This document shows positions 46,845-56,456 of a stretch of 64,000 bases of DNA, one piece after another (the first letter of the stretch is position 1; every line of letters starts with the position of its first letter). Below the pieces are notes generated by a model that made no database searches, was not told where the DNA came from, and saw only the letters and a list, made by a program, of their open reading frames with translations. Origin of the DNA: a virus. Lineage: Duplodnaviria > Caudoviricetes. The translations under genes were made by a program, and so were the position numbers. The stretch spans positions 6,125-70,124 of the IMG/VR virus record IMGVR_UViG_3300026194_000310; one strand, 5' to 3'.

Positions 46845-47134
46845 TCGGCATCACCTCCCTTCGTTATGTTTGCTAACATTTCGGTTATCTGCTCCGGGTC
46901 GTCGATAACGTAGACCGCAAATCCCAACTTCCGAAGGAGCCGGTGTCTTGCCACCTGCAGCGGTCGTGGTTTCTTGCCCGGAGCCTTTAATTCTGCAAAA
47001 GCCATGACTCCACCCGGAAGAAGGATCAACCTGTCTGGCATACCGTCGAATCCGGGAGAGACCAGCTTCGGCGCGATGCCGCCGGTGGCCTTCACAGCCT
47101 TTACAAGTTTCTGTTCAGTCTCTTTTTCTCGCAT
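46841..47134 (-). CDS. VRR-NUC domain protein
   Basis: GFDGMPDRLILLPGG...FAELKAPG. Confidence 0.85.
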   Translation of the reverse strand: MREKETEQKLVKAVKATGGIAPKLVSPGFDGMPDRLILLPGGVMAFAELKAPGKKPRPLQVARHRLLRKLGFAVYVIDDPEQITEMLANITKGGDAE

Positions 47135-47144
47135 AGGCTTCACC

Positions 47145-47387
47145 TCACTCGGTCGGCATGGAGTAGCCGTCGTCAGCGATGTGCTTGAATATTTCCTCCA
47201 GTACTTCCTGTGCACGTTCCTTAGACGCATACTTCCCAAGGTCGACCTGAACTCTTGTATTACCTCTGCTGGTTCCGGTTTCCCGCACAGCGACAAGAGT
47301 GATGCCATCGGTATCCTTTTTCATCGCAATGCGATCAAATGTGTTGATATTGGTAATCTGATAGTGGTTTTGATTCATAATCCACAT
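47145..47387 (-). CDS. Hypothetical protein
   Basis: ORF with a GGAGG RBS in operon position. Confidence 0.6.
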   Translation of the reverse strand: MWIMNQNHYQITNINTFDRIAMKKDTDGITLVAVRETGTSRGNTRVQVDLGKYASKERAQEVLEEIFKHIADDGYSMPTE

Positions 47388-47605
47388 AGTGTTTTCCTCC
47401 TATTAGTGACCAGTGGATACCACTCGAAAATCAAAGTGGTCACCCGCTGAACCGTTGATTTTATTGGGTTTTCTTTATATAGGTGACCAGTGACCAGTAT
47501 TCCAATATTTCGTATAGGGGCTTTTTTCTTACCAATTCCAGAAATAATTCCCTATATATTTTTTGGTGTGTGTGAAAATCAGTGGTCACGTGGTCACCCT
47601 CGCTT

Positions 47606-50509
47606 CTAATTGAGAAAATCTTCATCGTCGTCTTCATTCCTGAAGTCATCTGTATCCGGCTCCACTGAGAGCTTGGCGCATATAACGCGGACTCCCACGC
47701 CGAGAATCTTCTTCCGGCATTGGCTCCGGAGCACGCCGCGCTCCTCAAAAACATAGATGTGGTCGTTGTCACGAAAGCCTCTGATGCATTTGGTATAGGA
47801 AAATCCTGCCTTCTCCAAGGCTTCCCGCAGCACAGACGCAATGATGTACACGCGGTCAGGCTCGATCTTTCCGTAGCAGGGTTTTGAGGTTGCATCGAAA
47901 CAGGCTCTGTTCTCCGCCACCCAGCCTTCCACGAAATGCCATGCCCGCTCGATGCTGTCCTCCTTCTCCATCGTTTTGCAGTTGGAAAGCAGCTCAAGAC
48001 CAAGGGATATGGCTTCGGCATGTGCTTCATCCTCATCAAGGCCGAACACGGCAAGGGAGGAATACTCATCTGCCAGCGCAAGGGCGGCAATGTTGTCCAG
48101 ATGCACACCGGGCTCTCCGGCAAATTTCGCTTTGAGCTCGTCCCGCAGCGTTGTGAAATCCTTTTCTGCCTTGTCAGGGTCGGGCAGGACGTTATCGATC
48201 AGCCAACCGATATACTGTTTCCCGGCAAAGCCATAGTTGCTCTCACTGATCTGATGCACCTTCTTGCCAAACTCCGAGCCATCAACCGGCTGACCGTAGA
48301 TTTCCAGAACACGGGTATTCACGCCGTCCATAGAGGTTTCATTGGAGATCGGCTGTTCGCCGGTGCTGATGATGGAGTTCTGCCATGTGGGCACATCCTG
48401 CAGACCGCCGTTCTTGGCACCGCGGGTCCTGCCATAGCCGTTTCCGAGGGAGTAGACCACATAGGAAGATGAGAGCCTGCGTTCGTTTAAGACCTGCAGC
48501 TCATCAAGGCCGAGTGGCAGATGCTTTAAGGTTCCTGCACGACGCTCCATGCCGACAGCCGTGGAGTTGAAATTGCCCATCAGCTTCATCGGGTCTCCGT
48601 ATACGGACAGGGCAAACTTCAGTGCCGCCGTTTTGCCGCTTCCGGAGGAGTACCAGACGTGCAGGATAATGATGCGGTGCTTCATAATTTTCAGAAGCGG
48701 TGATACAAACGATGCCGCAAGAATGGCTCTGGCGACCGGCGACTTCCTGATTTCCTCTGCGGTTTCAAGCCACAGGTCATAATCGCCGGATTCCCTGAGT
48801 GCTGCGATAATGCCATCCGCGTCGTCGCCCTCGTAGACGATCTTGCTTTTTGTCACATACGGATAGAATTCCTTCTCCACCCAGCCGATGCGGTCGATGC
48901 TGCGTACAAACGGAATCGTTTTCTGGTTTGCGGTCTCATAGGCAGTGAAGTATTTCACCATCTCGTCTGAGTTGTCGGAGGAGACCAGAAGGCCGCTGTC
49001 TGCATAGCGCAGCAGGGTGTTCTTGTTAAAGATCCCGGATCTGGGCGCACGCAGGGTCTTCCAGCGCTTGTTGCGGAAGAAGGCAAGCTCCGTCATTTCC
49101 TGACCGGTGTCGATGTTTTCCAGTCTTGATGTAATGACGACCGGCTCTCCGCATAAGGTGACCGTCACCGGCTCTCCGTTATAGGTCATGGTGGTCGTGA
49201 TGCCGTCCTCCAAGGACAGCTTGTATCCCGGAGGCTCCACAGCGCCACGCAGGCTGATGCCGGAGAGGTTGATGACCGTGGGTTCGACGCCGAACTCCGG
49301 CTGCGCGCGCATTTCTGACTCGTGCTTGACTGCTTTTTCAAAGTCCCTCGTGCCGACGCCGGTTTTCTTGATCATGAGCTTCAGGCGGCCATAAGCAGCA
49401 GGATCATTGTCTGCCGCCCACGACGCGAGCTTCAGCGTATACTGGTCAAAGACATCCTCGGCCTTCATGGAATCGGAAGAGAGCAGGTTTTCCATCTGTT
49501 CCTTCAGGCTGTAAAGCGAATGAACGACCGGAGCCTTTACGCCGCAGCCTTCCTCCGGGCAGGCAAAGCCCAGACGCTCACGGATGTATTTGCAGGTGCA
49601 GGGCTTGTTGGCCTTGACGGACTGAGCGATCTTTCTGTCGGTCTCCTCCGGAGAGTAGCCGGTATAAAGAGAGCTCCACTCGTGGAACTTATCCGCGCCA
49701 TCAGGCGTGAGTGCGATATTGGAGCAGGCCGCTTTCCATTCCGGTTCGGTAACACTGTCCGGATTATCACGGAGCTTCTGGATAAACGGGCAGCGTTCCA
49801 TAATGCGGTCAGCGCTTCCGACAGCTCTTGGATCAGCCTTGAACGGCTCCGTCCTGACAGGTTCCGGTGCTTTGTAGTAGGCGCTGAAGTCGTCAAGGGA
49901 ATAGAACGTATCCGTAAAGTCGATCACATGGCACGGCACAGGCGCATCCAGCTTATGGTTCAGGCTGCCCGGTGCGCGGAACATATGCGAGATGGAGAAA
50001 ACGTTGTCGAGCCTCCAGCCTTTTTCGGAAAACTGCGAGGCAAGGTATCTGCCAAAGCCCTCCGTGGTTCCCTTGGCCATCTGCATAGCGGCTTCATCGG
50101 TGATCTGGTAGGGCGTTTCAAAAATGTAATAGGCATAGATGCCGTAGCCGGAGTCATCGAGACGGGTCGGCTTTATCGGCAGGCTGTTTAAAATCTCGAT
50201 GACGCTGTCCTTATCCGGAGGGAGCTCCTTTTCCTTATGCGCCTCGCCGAACACGTCGCAGTCAGCGACTATGGCAAAGAGCTGGTTGACATCGTCGTCT
50301 CCGCCACGGGCTCCGTCCGGAAGGTCATCGCCGCGAGGGTTGACACTGATATATACATTTGTGCTTTTACCGAGCTCGACGACCTTGCGGTACATCCCCT
50401 CCGCATCGGTCGTGCGGAACCGGTAGTTTTTCTTTTCAGGCAGAGCGGTGAGGACAACGGTGCCATCGCCGCATCTGCTGAAAAGATCGTAGGATTCTCT
50501 GTCATTCAT
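47606..50509 (-). CDS. Primase-helicase fusion with DUF927-like domain
   Basis: N-terminal primase-like DCD and SGYG motifs, Cys-rich CTC...CP..C region, SGSGKTAALK Walker A, LDEL Walker B. Confidence 0.75.
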   Translation of the reverse strand: MNDRESYDLFSRCGDGTVVLTALPEKKNYRFRTTDAEGMYRKVVELGKSTNVYISVNPRGDDLPDGARGGDDDVNQLFAIVADCDVFGEAHKEKELPPDKDSVIEILNSLPIKPTRLDDSGYGIYAYYIFETPYQITDEAAMQMAKGTTEGFGRYLASQFSEKGWRLDNVFSISHMFRAPGSLNHKLDAPVPCHVIDFTDTFYSLDDFSAYYKAPEPVRTEPFKADPRAVGSADRIMERCPFIQKLRDNPDSVTEPEWKAACSNIALTPDGADKFHEWSSLYTGYSPEETDRKIAQSVKANKPCTCKYIRERLGFACPEEGCGVKAPVVHSLYSLKEQMENLLSSDSMKAEDVFDQYTLKLASWAADNDPAAYGRLKLMIKKTGVGTRDFEKAVKHESEMRAQPEFGVEPTVINLSGISLRGAVEPPGYKLSLEDGITTTMTYNGEPVTVTLCGEPVVITSRLENIDTGQEMTELAFFRNKRWKTLRAPRSGIFNKNTLLRYADSGLLVSSDNSDEMVKYFTAYETANQKTIPFVRSIDRIGWVEKEFYPYVTKSKIVYEGDDADGIIAALRESGDYDLWLETAEEIRKSPVARAILAASFVSPLLKIMKHRIIILHVWYSSGSGKTAALKFALSVYGDPMKLMGNFNSTAVGMERRAGTLKHLPLGLDELQVLNERRLSSSYVVYSLGNGYGRTRGAKNGGLQDVPTWQNSIISTGEQPISNETSMDGVNTRVLEIYGQPVDGSEFGKKVHQISESNYGFAGKQYIGWLIDNVLPDPDKAEKDFTTLRDELKAKFAGEPGVHLDNIAALALADEYSSLAVFGLDEDEAHAEAISLGLELLSNCKTMEKEDSIERAWHFVEGWVAENRACFDATSKPCYGKIEPDRVYIIASVLREALEKAGFSYTKCIRGFRDNDHIYVFEERGVLRSQCRKKILGVGVRVICAKLSVEPDTDDFRNEDDDEDFLN

Positions 50510-50839
50510 TCAGTCGTACACCTCCTGCGATTCCTCTTCGAGCACCTTCACGATGAACTTCAGTGCACGGATCATGGTTTCCAGCTCGCAGTCGCCGCCG
50601 AGGGTGACCTCAAAGCCGTCACAGCCATAACGGGAAGGGATAGGCTTGATCTCCATATCCGTGCTGGCCTCGTCCTGAATGCGAAAATAGGTGCGGCTGC
50701 CATGACCGGAGTCGCCTCCCTGATAGCCGTTGGTACCGGCCTCGACCTGCAGGATATTGCAGCTCACCACGTCGCGGGTATAGGTTGTAATTTCGGTGCC
50801 GTCTTCCAGCTTTCTGCGTTTTTCTGTTACTTCATACAT
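50510..50839 (-). CDS. Conserved hypothetical phage protein
   Basis: EAGTNGYQGGDSGHGSRTYFRI; operon position. Confidence 0.65.
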   Translation of the reverse strand: MYEVTEKRRKLEDGTEITTYTRDVVSCNILQVEAGTNGYQGGDSGHGSRTYFRIQDEASTDMEIKPIPSRYGCDGFEVTLGGDCELETMIRALKFIVKVLEEESQEVYD

Positions 50840-50843
50840 GGTG

Positions 50844-51266
50844 TTAGACCTCCTGACATTCTTCTGTGAAATAGCGCAAGCGGTAGTCCTTCCACTTGGC
50901 GCGGTTGATTTCTGCTTCCATACCGGATGAGATGCGGCTGCCGAATACCCAGACCTCTGCGCACTTGCTCATGAGGGCGTTCCCGAAGAATAGTCCCAGC
51001 TCACGTTCTGCCGGGTTGTCATCGTCAAGGAACTGCGGAAACAGCAGGTGCGGTGCGATGGGGATATATCCCTTGTCCACGGCAAAGCGGCTGTAGCGTC
51101 TGGCATTAGCCACATTTGTTTCCACATCTCCGGAAAACGGAGAGCAGATGTAGACGATAGGCCGGAAAGCGCGAAGAGACTGTCTCTCATTAGCAAGAAT
51201 CCGGGAGAGAGCTTCTCCTGCCGTAGGATCGGCATAACCTTCACTGTTTCGATAATCGTTACTCAA
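50844..51266 (-). CDS. DUF4406-like phage protein
   Basis: YICSPFSGD...APHLLFPQF...KCAEVWVFG; probable TTG start after AGGAGG. Confidence 0.7.
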   Translation of the reverse strand: MSNDYRNSEGYADPTAGEALSRILANERQSLRAFRPIVYICSPFSGDVETNVANARRYSRFAVDKGYIPIAPHLLFPQFLDDDNPAERELGLFFGNALMSKCAEVWVFGSRISSGMEAEINRAKWKDYRLRYFTEECQEV

Positions 51267-51313
51267 ACCAGAGTCCTCCTTTCCGGGCAGACTTAAGGCG
51301 TCCGCCTCCAATT

Positions 51314-51353
51314 TCCACTGGAGATGAACGCCTGATTTGAGCGGACGATTTTT
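51314..51353 (-). promoter_or_regulatory. Prophage 2 repeated promoter-like element, copy 2
   Basis: tccactggagatgaacgcctgatttgagcggacgattttt. Confidence 0.65.
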
Positions 51354-53355
51354 AATCTTTTTTGTAGAAGGGTGTGACGTAGCCGTCGGCGCGGAGCTTC
51401 AGGCCTTTTGCCCACGGCGGAGTCCTGCCCATCTGTTCACAAAGAGCATCAAGGGAGACGCGAGGATCAGCCTCAATGACCAGCTCGTCGTGGATGTGCA
51501 TGACAATATCGGAGCAGCGGAGCGTCTTCATGGCGTAGCAGAGAATATCGCGGGAGGTCGCCTGCACGATGTTTTCCACAAATTTCGGGCCGTATGAGTC
51601 GAGCCGTTCCCATTTCTTTGTGGCTCCGACACCTTCATAAGTAATACACTCGCCGCCGAATTTGTTAGTGCCGACCTTCGGCTTCACATAAGCGAGGTTC
51701 CTGCCGGAGGGAAGCGTGATAAAGAGCATCCCGGAGCGGCAGGAGAAGGTAAGCCCGTAGCAGGAACTTGTCTGCTTGTATTTCACGGCCTGCATGACTG
51801 CACGGTCGATGTCCCACCAGAATTTCACGATATGGGGATTCGTCTGCCGCCAAGCCTGCACCAGCGGAGGAAGCTCATCTTCGGTCAAGCCCATCTCGAT
51901 AGCTCCCATAGCTTTAAGGGCACCGACCGAGCCGCCGTAGCCGAGTGCGAGTTCCGCGATCTTACCTTTCTGGCGGAGGTGGCCGTTTACGCCATGCTTC
52001 TCGACCGGGACATGGAACATTTGTGAGGCCGAGGCGCAGTAGATGTCGCCGCCGTCCGCGAATACCTTCTGCCGCCATGTTTCACCGGCATACCAAGCGA
52101 TGACGCGGGCTTCTATTGCGGAGAAGTCGGAAACATAGAACTGCGTGCCGTCCTTCGGGATGAATGCCGTGCGGATAAGCTGTGACAGAGTGTCTGGCAC
52201 ATCCTCATACAGGAGCTTTACGGCATCGAAGTCACCGGATTTCACAAGGGCGCGGGCATCGGCCAGATCCGGCAGGTGGTTTTGCGGGAGGTTTTGTAAT
52301 TGGATTAGCCTCCCTGCCCAGCGACCAGTGCGGCTCGCTCCGTAGAACATGAACATGCCGCGAGCCCTGCCGTCGTCACAGACCGCACGTTCCATCGTCT
52401 GATATTTCTTGACGGATGATTTGGCAAGCTGCTGACGGAGCTCCAGTACGTTCTGCAATTCCGGAGGAGCGGTTTTGATAAGCTCTGCCACGACCTTTTT
52501 ACCAAGGCTGTCGGTTTCGAGGCCGTTGCCGGAGAGCCACTGTTTCATTTGCTGGACGCTGTTCGGGTTATCAAGGTCGGTGATTTCCTTCATGGCGGCA
52601 GTCAGCTCTTTGCGGGAGCGGGTATCCATCTCGATGGCTTCCTTCACCAGATCCATATCAAGCTTCACGCCACGGTCATTGATTTCCTGATCGATGTGAT
52701 ACTCGTCCCAGACCGAATCCGGTACTGGGTAATTGGTAAGCCGCTGCTGGATCGCCATTTCGACCTCCACGTCACGTTTGTTATATGCCTTAAAGACAGA
52801 CCACTTTTCCGGATCGTCAGAGGGCAGGTTACGGGTGCGGCCACCATTGGACTTTGTGGGAGCGCAGGGCACGGAGAAGTATTTGATGAGCGCCTTGCCC
52901 TCGTCCATCTTCTGATCGTCGAGTTTTAATACTGCGCCGACACCTTTTAAGGACAGAGGAAGTCCCAGCGTAGCCGCCCAGACCATAGAGCAGCGCCAGC
53001 TTTCTGGATTCAGGAACCGGGCGCACTCCTGCGAAAGCGGGTGGTTATCGTGGAAGGGGTCAAGGCTGATGCCACGGTCTGAAAGATAGCGAGACAGGCA
53101 TACACGTTCAAACGCGACATTAAATCCCCACTTTATAACCGAATCGTCCGTCAAGGCAGACAGGACATCTTCCGGTATCTGTTCTCCTTGAGTCAGATCC
53201 ACAACATGGACTTCGCCGCCATCAACTGCATAACCGAACAGCAGAATCTCGAAATTTGGAGACTCCGCGTACTTATATAAGCCACACTTGGCAAGGTCGA
53301 CATCACTGAACGTTTCAAGATCGATTGAGAGCTTCTGTATTTTCTCTTGATTCAT
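51352..53355 (-). CDS. polA: Phage family A DNA polymerase
   Basis: SIDLETFS, SDFSAIEARV, LRQKGKIAELALGYGG, MHIHDE. Confidence 0.92.
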   Translation of the reverse strand: MNQEKIQKLSIDLETFSDVDLAKCGLYKYAESPNFEILLFGYAVDGGEVHVVDLTQGEQIPEDVLSALTDDSVIKWGFNVAFERVCLSRYLSDRGISLDPFHDNHPLSQECARFLNPESWRCSMVWAATLGLPLSLKGVGAVLKLDDQKMDEGKALIKYFSVPCAPTKSNGGRTRNLPSDDPEKWSVFKAYNKRDVEVEMAIQQRLTNYPVPDSVWDEYHIDQEINDRGVKLDMDLVKEAIEMDTRSRKELTAAMKEITDLDNPNSVQQMKQWLSGNGLETDSLGKKVVAELIKTAPPELQNVLELRQQLAKSSVKKYQTMERAVCDDGRARGMFMFYGASRTGRWAGRLIQLQNLPQNHLPDLADARALVKSGDFDAVKLLYEDVPDTLSQLIRTAFIPKDGTQFYVSDFSAIEARVIAWYAGETWRQKVFADGGDIYCASASQMFHVPVEKHGVNGHLRQKGKIAELALGYGGSVGALKAMGAIEMGLTEDELPPLVQAWRQTNPHIVKFWWDIDRAVMQAVKYKQTSSCYGLTFSCRSGMLFITLPSGRNLAYVKPKVGTNKFGGECITYEGVGATKKWERLDSYGPKFVENIVQATSRDILCYAMKTLRCSDIVMHIHDELVIEADPRVSLDALCEQMGRTPPWAKGLKLRADGYVTPFYKKD

Positions 53356-53419
53356 AGTATTTTCACCTCAATTCAAACAAGCGGCAGAGAATGTATCCCT
53401 GCCGCCTGCCGTTTCTGAT

Positions 53420-53611
53420 TTACTCTAAGGACTTCATGCGCTTCTCATGGTACTCATCGTCCTGTGCGGCCTTTTTCTCCTCGCGTTTCTCACGCTTGAA
53501 GTCATTGATCACCGTCTGGATGGCGACCACTGCCCATGCGATCACTACGACGCAGAAGCAGGCGATCAGGATGTTGCAGAGAAGGGATGAAATCATAACT
53601 GTGCTTTCCAT
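53420..53611 (-). CDS. Small single-TM membrane protein
   Basis: Hydrophobic N-terminal half and charged tail. Confidence 0.6.
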   Translation of the reverse strand: MESTVMISSLLCNILIACFCVVVIAWAVVAIQTVINDFKREKREEKKAAQDDEYHEKRMKSLE

Positions 53612-53629
53612 TGGTTGTCACTCCTTTCT

Positions 53630-54202
53630 TTAATCCAGAAAATCATCTTCGTCATCGGTAGCGAAGTCGGACTCAGCACTGGCCTTGCCGCCGAGAGGCT
53701 CACCGTCACGGATTTTCTGCAGGTTGTTGAGCCCGCAGGCGATTCCCTTGTTGCCAGAGCTGTTGAATGCGTAGAACGTGATGCTGGCGCGGCCATACAC
53801 ACCGGAGTACACCTCGGAACGGGTGAGGATCGGGTTCAGGTCTGCATCCACGATGCCGGGAGCAGAGGTAGCGTTGGCATTGATGAAATAGGCGTTCTTG
53901 TAGGCCTCGTCGTCCGGGCGCTCTGCATCGCCGTCACGGAGAGGTGTCTTCAGAACGGAAAGAGCCGGTACGGACTTGCCGTTGCCCTTGAGCTTGGCCT
54001 CGCCCTCCTTATAGGCAGCTTCGATGGCGGCCTTGATCTTGGCGAGGGTCTTGGTGTCGGACTTCGGGATGATGAGGCTCACGCTGTACTTAGGTGTGCC
54101 TCCGTTGATGGACTTCGGCTCCCACACGTTGCAGTAGCTCCAACGAGTGTCAACACCGGTGATAACCTTCATAGGATTGTTGATTCTTACATTCTTGTTC
54201 AT
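53630..54202 (-). CDS. DUF2815 family ssDNA-binding protein
   Basis: RWSYCNVWEPKSINGG...PLRDGD...GIACGLNNLQKIRDGEPLGG. Confidence 0.85.
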   Translation of the reverse strand: MNKNVRINNPMKVITGVDTRWSYCNVWEPKSINGGTPKYSVSLIIPKSDTKTLAKIKAAIEAAYKEGEAKLKGNGKSVPALSVLKTPLRDGDAERPDDEAYKNAYFINANATSAPGIVDADLNPILTRSEVYSGVYGRASITFYAFNSSGNKGIACGLNNLQKIRDGEPLGGKASAESDFATDDEDDFLD

Positions 54203-55333
54203 TTAGTTTTCCTCCATAAAATCATTTTTGGCTGTGTTCATGGCCGGACGCTTATCGGACTCCGGCACAAGAGTGGGTTTGCCCTGCGGCTTTTCGATAT
54301 AGGCCGTCAGGAGTTCATCAAAACGGGACTTGCCGAGCAGCTTCTGCATGGCGGTGATGCCCAGCAGCTTCTTCTCATACGGGTCAAAGCCCGCTTTCTC
54401 GACCGTATCGATAACTGCGGCCTCGTTGTTGTATCTACGATTGCTGCGTCCTTCGACGAGCTTGAAGCCAGACCATTCCTTACCGGAGAGAGCCTGCTGC
54501 AGGGCATATTCCTTGATGTCGGAAGCCCAGCTGACCAGCTCGTCTACCTTGCCGAGGATGACCTCGATCTCAGTGTCCGTAAGCAGTGGCGGGAGCTTGA
54601 AATCATGCTGCGCGAGCTTCAGGTTGGCCTCAGCTCTGGCGCGACATTCATTCTTGGCTTTGCAGAAGCCGCACCACTCGCCACACAGGAAGTTCCCGTC
54701 ACCGGCAAAGGCCAGCTCTGCGGTGGGCTTCAAGACCACATCTGCCCAGCGGTACAGGTCGTCCTTGCTGATCTCGTAGGTACTGACGTTCTGGCGTCTC
54801 GGCTGGTAGATCGTCATGGAAACCTGATCGATGTCGTAAATATCATCGAAAAGCTCCAAGCTGCCCAGCGCGTAGCATTTCATTTGCGGATTCTCCTCTG
54901 CGGAGACTAAGACGCCAAGGCCGTGCTTGTAGTCAATTACCCGGAGCGTGCCGTCCGCGATGATGATGCAGTCGGCGGTGCCGAAGCCCTGTTCTACCCA
55001 GCGGGAGAAGTCCACACGCTGTTCGATAAGGACTACCGGATCAGTACAGTTTTCCTTGGCGGCCTCGACCTGCTCCAGCACATACTCTGCATAGCCGCTG
55101 GTGCAGTCCTCCATCTCCTCGGAATACCATGTGAGGTTTTCGGTCGGGTCTTCTGCAGGAATTCCCAGTGCTGTCTTGAGCTTGTACTCGCCAAGAGCAT
55201 GAGCATCGGTACCTTCTGCAGCGTAGTCACTTCCTTTATCTTCATAGGTTTCACAGAGCCTTGCTGAAGGCGGGCAGTGGAGCCAGCGGTCGGAACTTGA
55301 TGCGGAGAGGATCGCGTGCTGTTTAGCTGCCAT
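54203..55333 (-). CDS. DUF2800 family PD-(D/E)XK nuclease
   Basis: HAILSASS, GFGTADC, DYKHG, NPQMKCYALG, GEWCGFC. Confidence 0.85.
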   Translation of the reverse strand: MAAKQHAILSASSSDRWLHCPPSARLCETYEDKGSDYAAEGTDAHALGEYKLKTALGIPAEDPTENLTWYSEEMEDCTSGYAEYVLEQVEAAKENCTDPVVLIEQRVDFSRWVEQGFGTADCIIIADGTLRVIDYKHGLGVLVSAEENPQMKCYALGSLELFDDIYDIDQVSMTIYQPRRQNVSTYEISKDDLYRWADVVLKPTAELAFAGDGNFLCGEWCGFCKAKNECRARAEANLKLAQHDFKLPPLLTDTEIEVILGKVDELVSWASDIKEYALQQALSGKEWSGFKLVEGRSNRRYNNEAAVIDTVEKAGFDPYEKKLLGITAMQKLLGKSRFDELLTAYIEKPQGKPTLVPESDKRPAMNTAKNDFMEEN

Positions 55334-55655
55334 TTCCGATTACCTCCGCGTCCTTGAGCAGGGCTTCGTAGTTTGCCGGATCTACGGCAGAGAGCTTTGC
55401 GGCTCCGTATTTCTGGAGCAGTTCTCTGACTTCTGCGGTGTGGCCTGCGCGGGAGAGGTTAGCAAGAACAGGTCTCACATCCTCAAGCTTCAGTTCCGGT
55501 TTTTCTTCCTTCTTAGCAGCACTTTTTGAAATCTGCTGCTTAGGTTCATCCTGACCGGAAAACTGCTGGTAGAGCCAGTCGGCTGCGGCATTAATAGAAG
55601 CAGCAGCGGTGCGGAGCTCTTCGATGGTCTGTGCCATTTCTGCCATCTTTGACAT
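55323..55655 (-). CDS. Conserved phage protein of the DUF2800 module
   Basis: LEDVRPVLA...VRELLQKYGAAKLSAVDPANY; homolog of 6481-6804. Confidence 0.7.
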   Translation of the reverse strand: MSKMAEMAQTIEELRTAAASINAAADWLYQQFSGQDEPKQQISKSAAKKEEKPELKLEDVRPVLANLSRAGHTAEVRELLQKYGAAKLSAVDPANYEALLKDAEVIGNGS

Positions 55656-55797
55656 TCTCTTCTCCTCCTTCCTCGGATTTGCTTGCGGCAAGGATAGAGA
55701 GGTTCCTTGCCAGTCTGGCGGATACGTGACTGATGGAATTCAGGAGCTTGATCTCCTCGTTCACGTTACCGCCGGTGTCTGCGTAACTGCGGTACAT
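55591..55797 (-). CDS. Hypothetical small protein
   Basis: ORF with a GAGGTG RBS, first gene after the promoter element. Confidence 0.45.
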   Translation of the reverse strand: MYRSYADTGGNVNEEIKLLNSISHVSARLARNLSILAASKSEEGGEENVKDGRNGTDHRRAPHRCCFY

Positions 55798-55845
55798 CTG
55801 TGTTCACCTCACTTTCTGAAGGCCTGTGTTCTCTTGCCTTCACCT

Positions 55846-55884
55846 TCCACTGGAGATGAACTGCCGATTTGAGCGGAGGATTTT
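55846..55884 (-). promoter_or_regulatory. Prophage 2 repeated promoter-like element, copy 3
   Basis: tccactggagatgaactgccgatttgagcggaggatttt. Confidence 0.65.
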
Positions 55885-55943
55885 ATAAAAAAGTTTTCCG
55901 GCCACCATCCGAGAGTGGACAGTGACCGGAAAGGGTGTGGTGT

Positions 55944-56456
55944 TTACTTGTTCTCGATCCTATGAAGCTCTGTGCAAACACGCTTCATCTGGTCGGCAAA
56001 GGTACGCTGCTTACGACCGAGCGCCTCTGCGATCTTGCGGTCTGAAATCTTCGGATTGTCGAGGCGCATCTGGATGATATGGTCGGCATCGAGATCAAGC
56101 TCGCGGAAACGGGCGATGAGGCGCTTCAGCAGATCGCGGTCAGCATAGATGTCTTCTATAGAAGGTTTGCTGTCCGGAACATAATCGCCAAGAGTGCCCT
56201 CGCCGTCAGGGAGCGGATCGTCAAGGGATATGGTGTCGGGAGCATGGTACTCGCACAGATCACACTGCACATCGCATTTCCAAAGGTAATGCTTCGGGCA
56301 CATGCACCTGCCGTGATTCTGTTCACGGTTGCGGATGCGCCAGATCTCCGGGTAGAGAGAGCGGTACTGCTCCTCGGTGATAGGGGTGAGCGTGACCTTG
56401 AAGGGGTTCTCCGGGTCACGAAGTGGAAAGTAACGCTGGTTGTCTTTGTTTTGCAT
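55944..56456 (-). CDS. Sigma-like phage transcription factor
   Basis: Cys cluster CMC...C...C..C, ISLDDP, C-terminal HTH SDRKIAEALGRKQRTF; same position as the 7073-7456 gene. Confidence 0.7.
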   Translation of the reverse strand: MQNKDNQRYFPLRDPENPFKVTLTPITEEQYRSLYPEIWRIRNREQNHGRCMCPKHYLWKCDVQCDLCEYHAPDTISLDDPLPDGEGTLGDYVPDSKPSIEDIYADRDLLKRLIARFRELDLDADHIIQMRLDNPKISDRKIAEALGRKQRTFADQMKRVCTELHRIENK

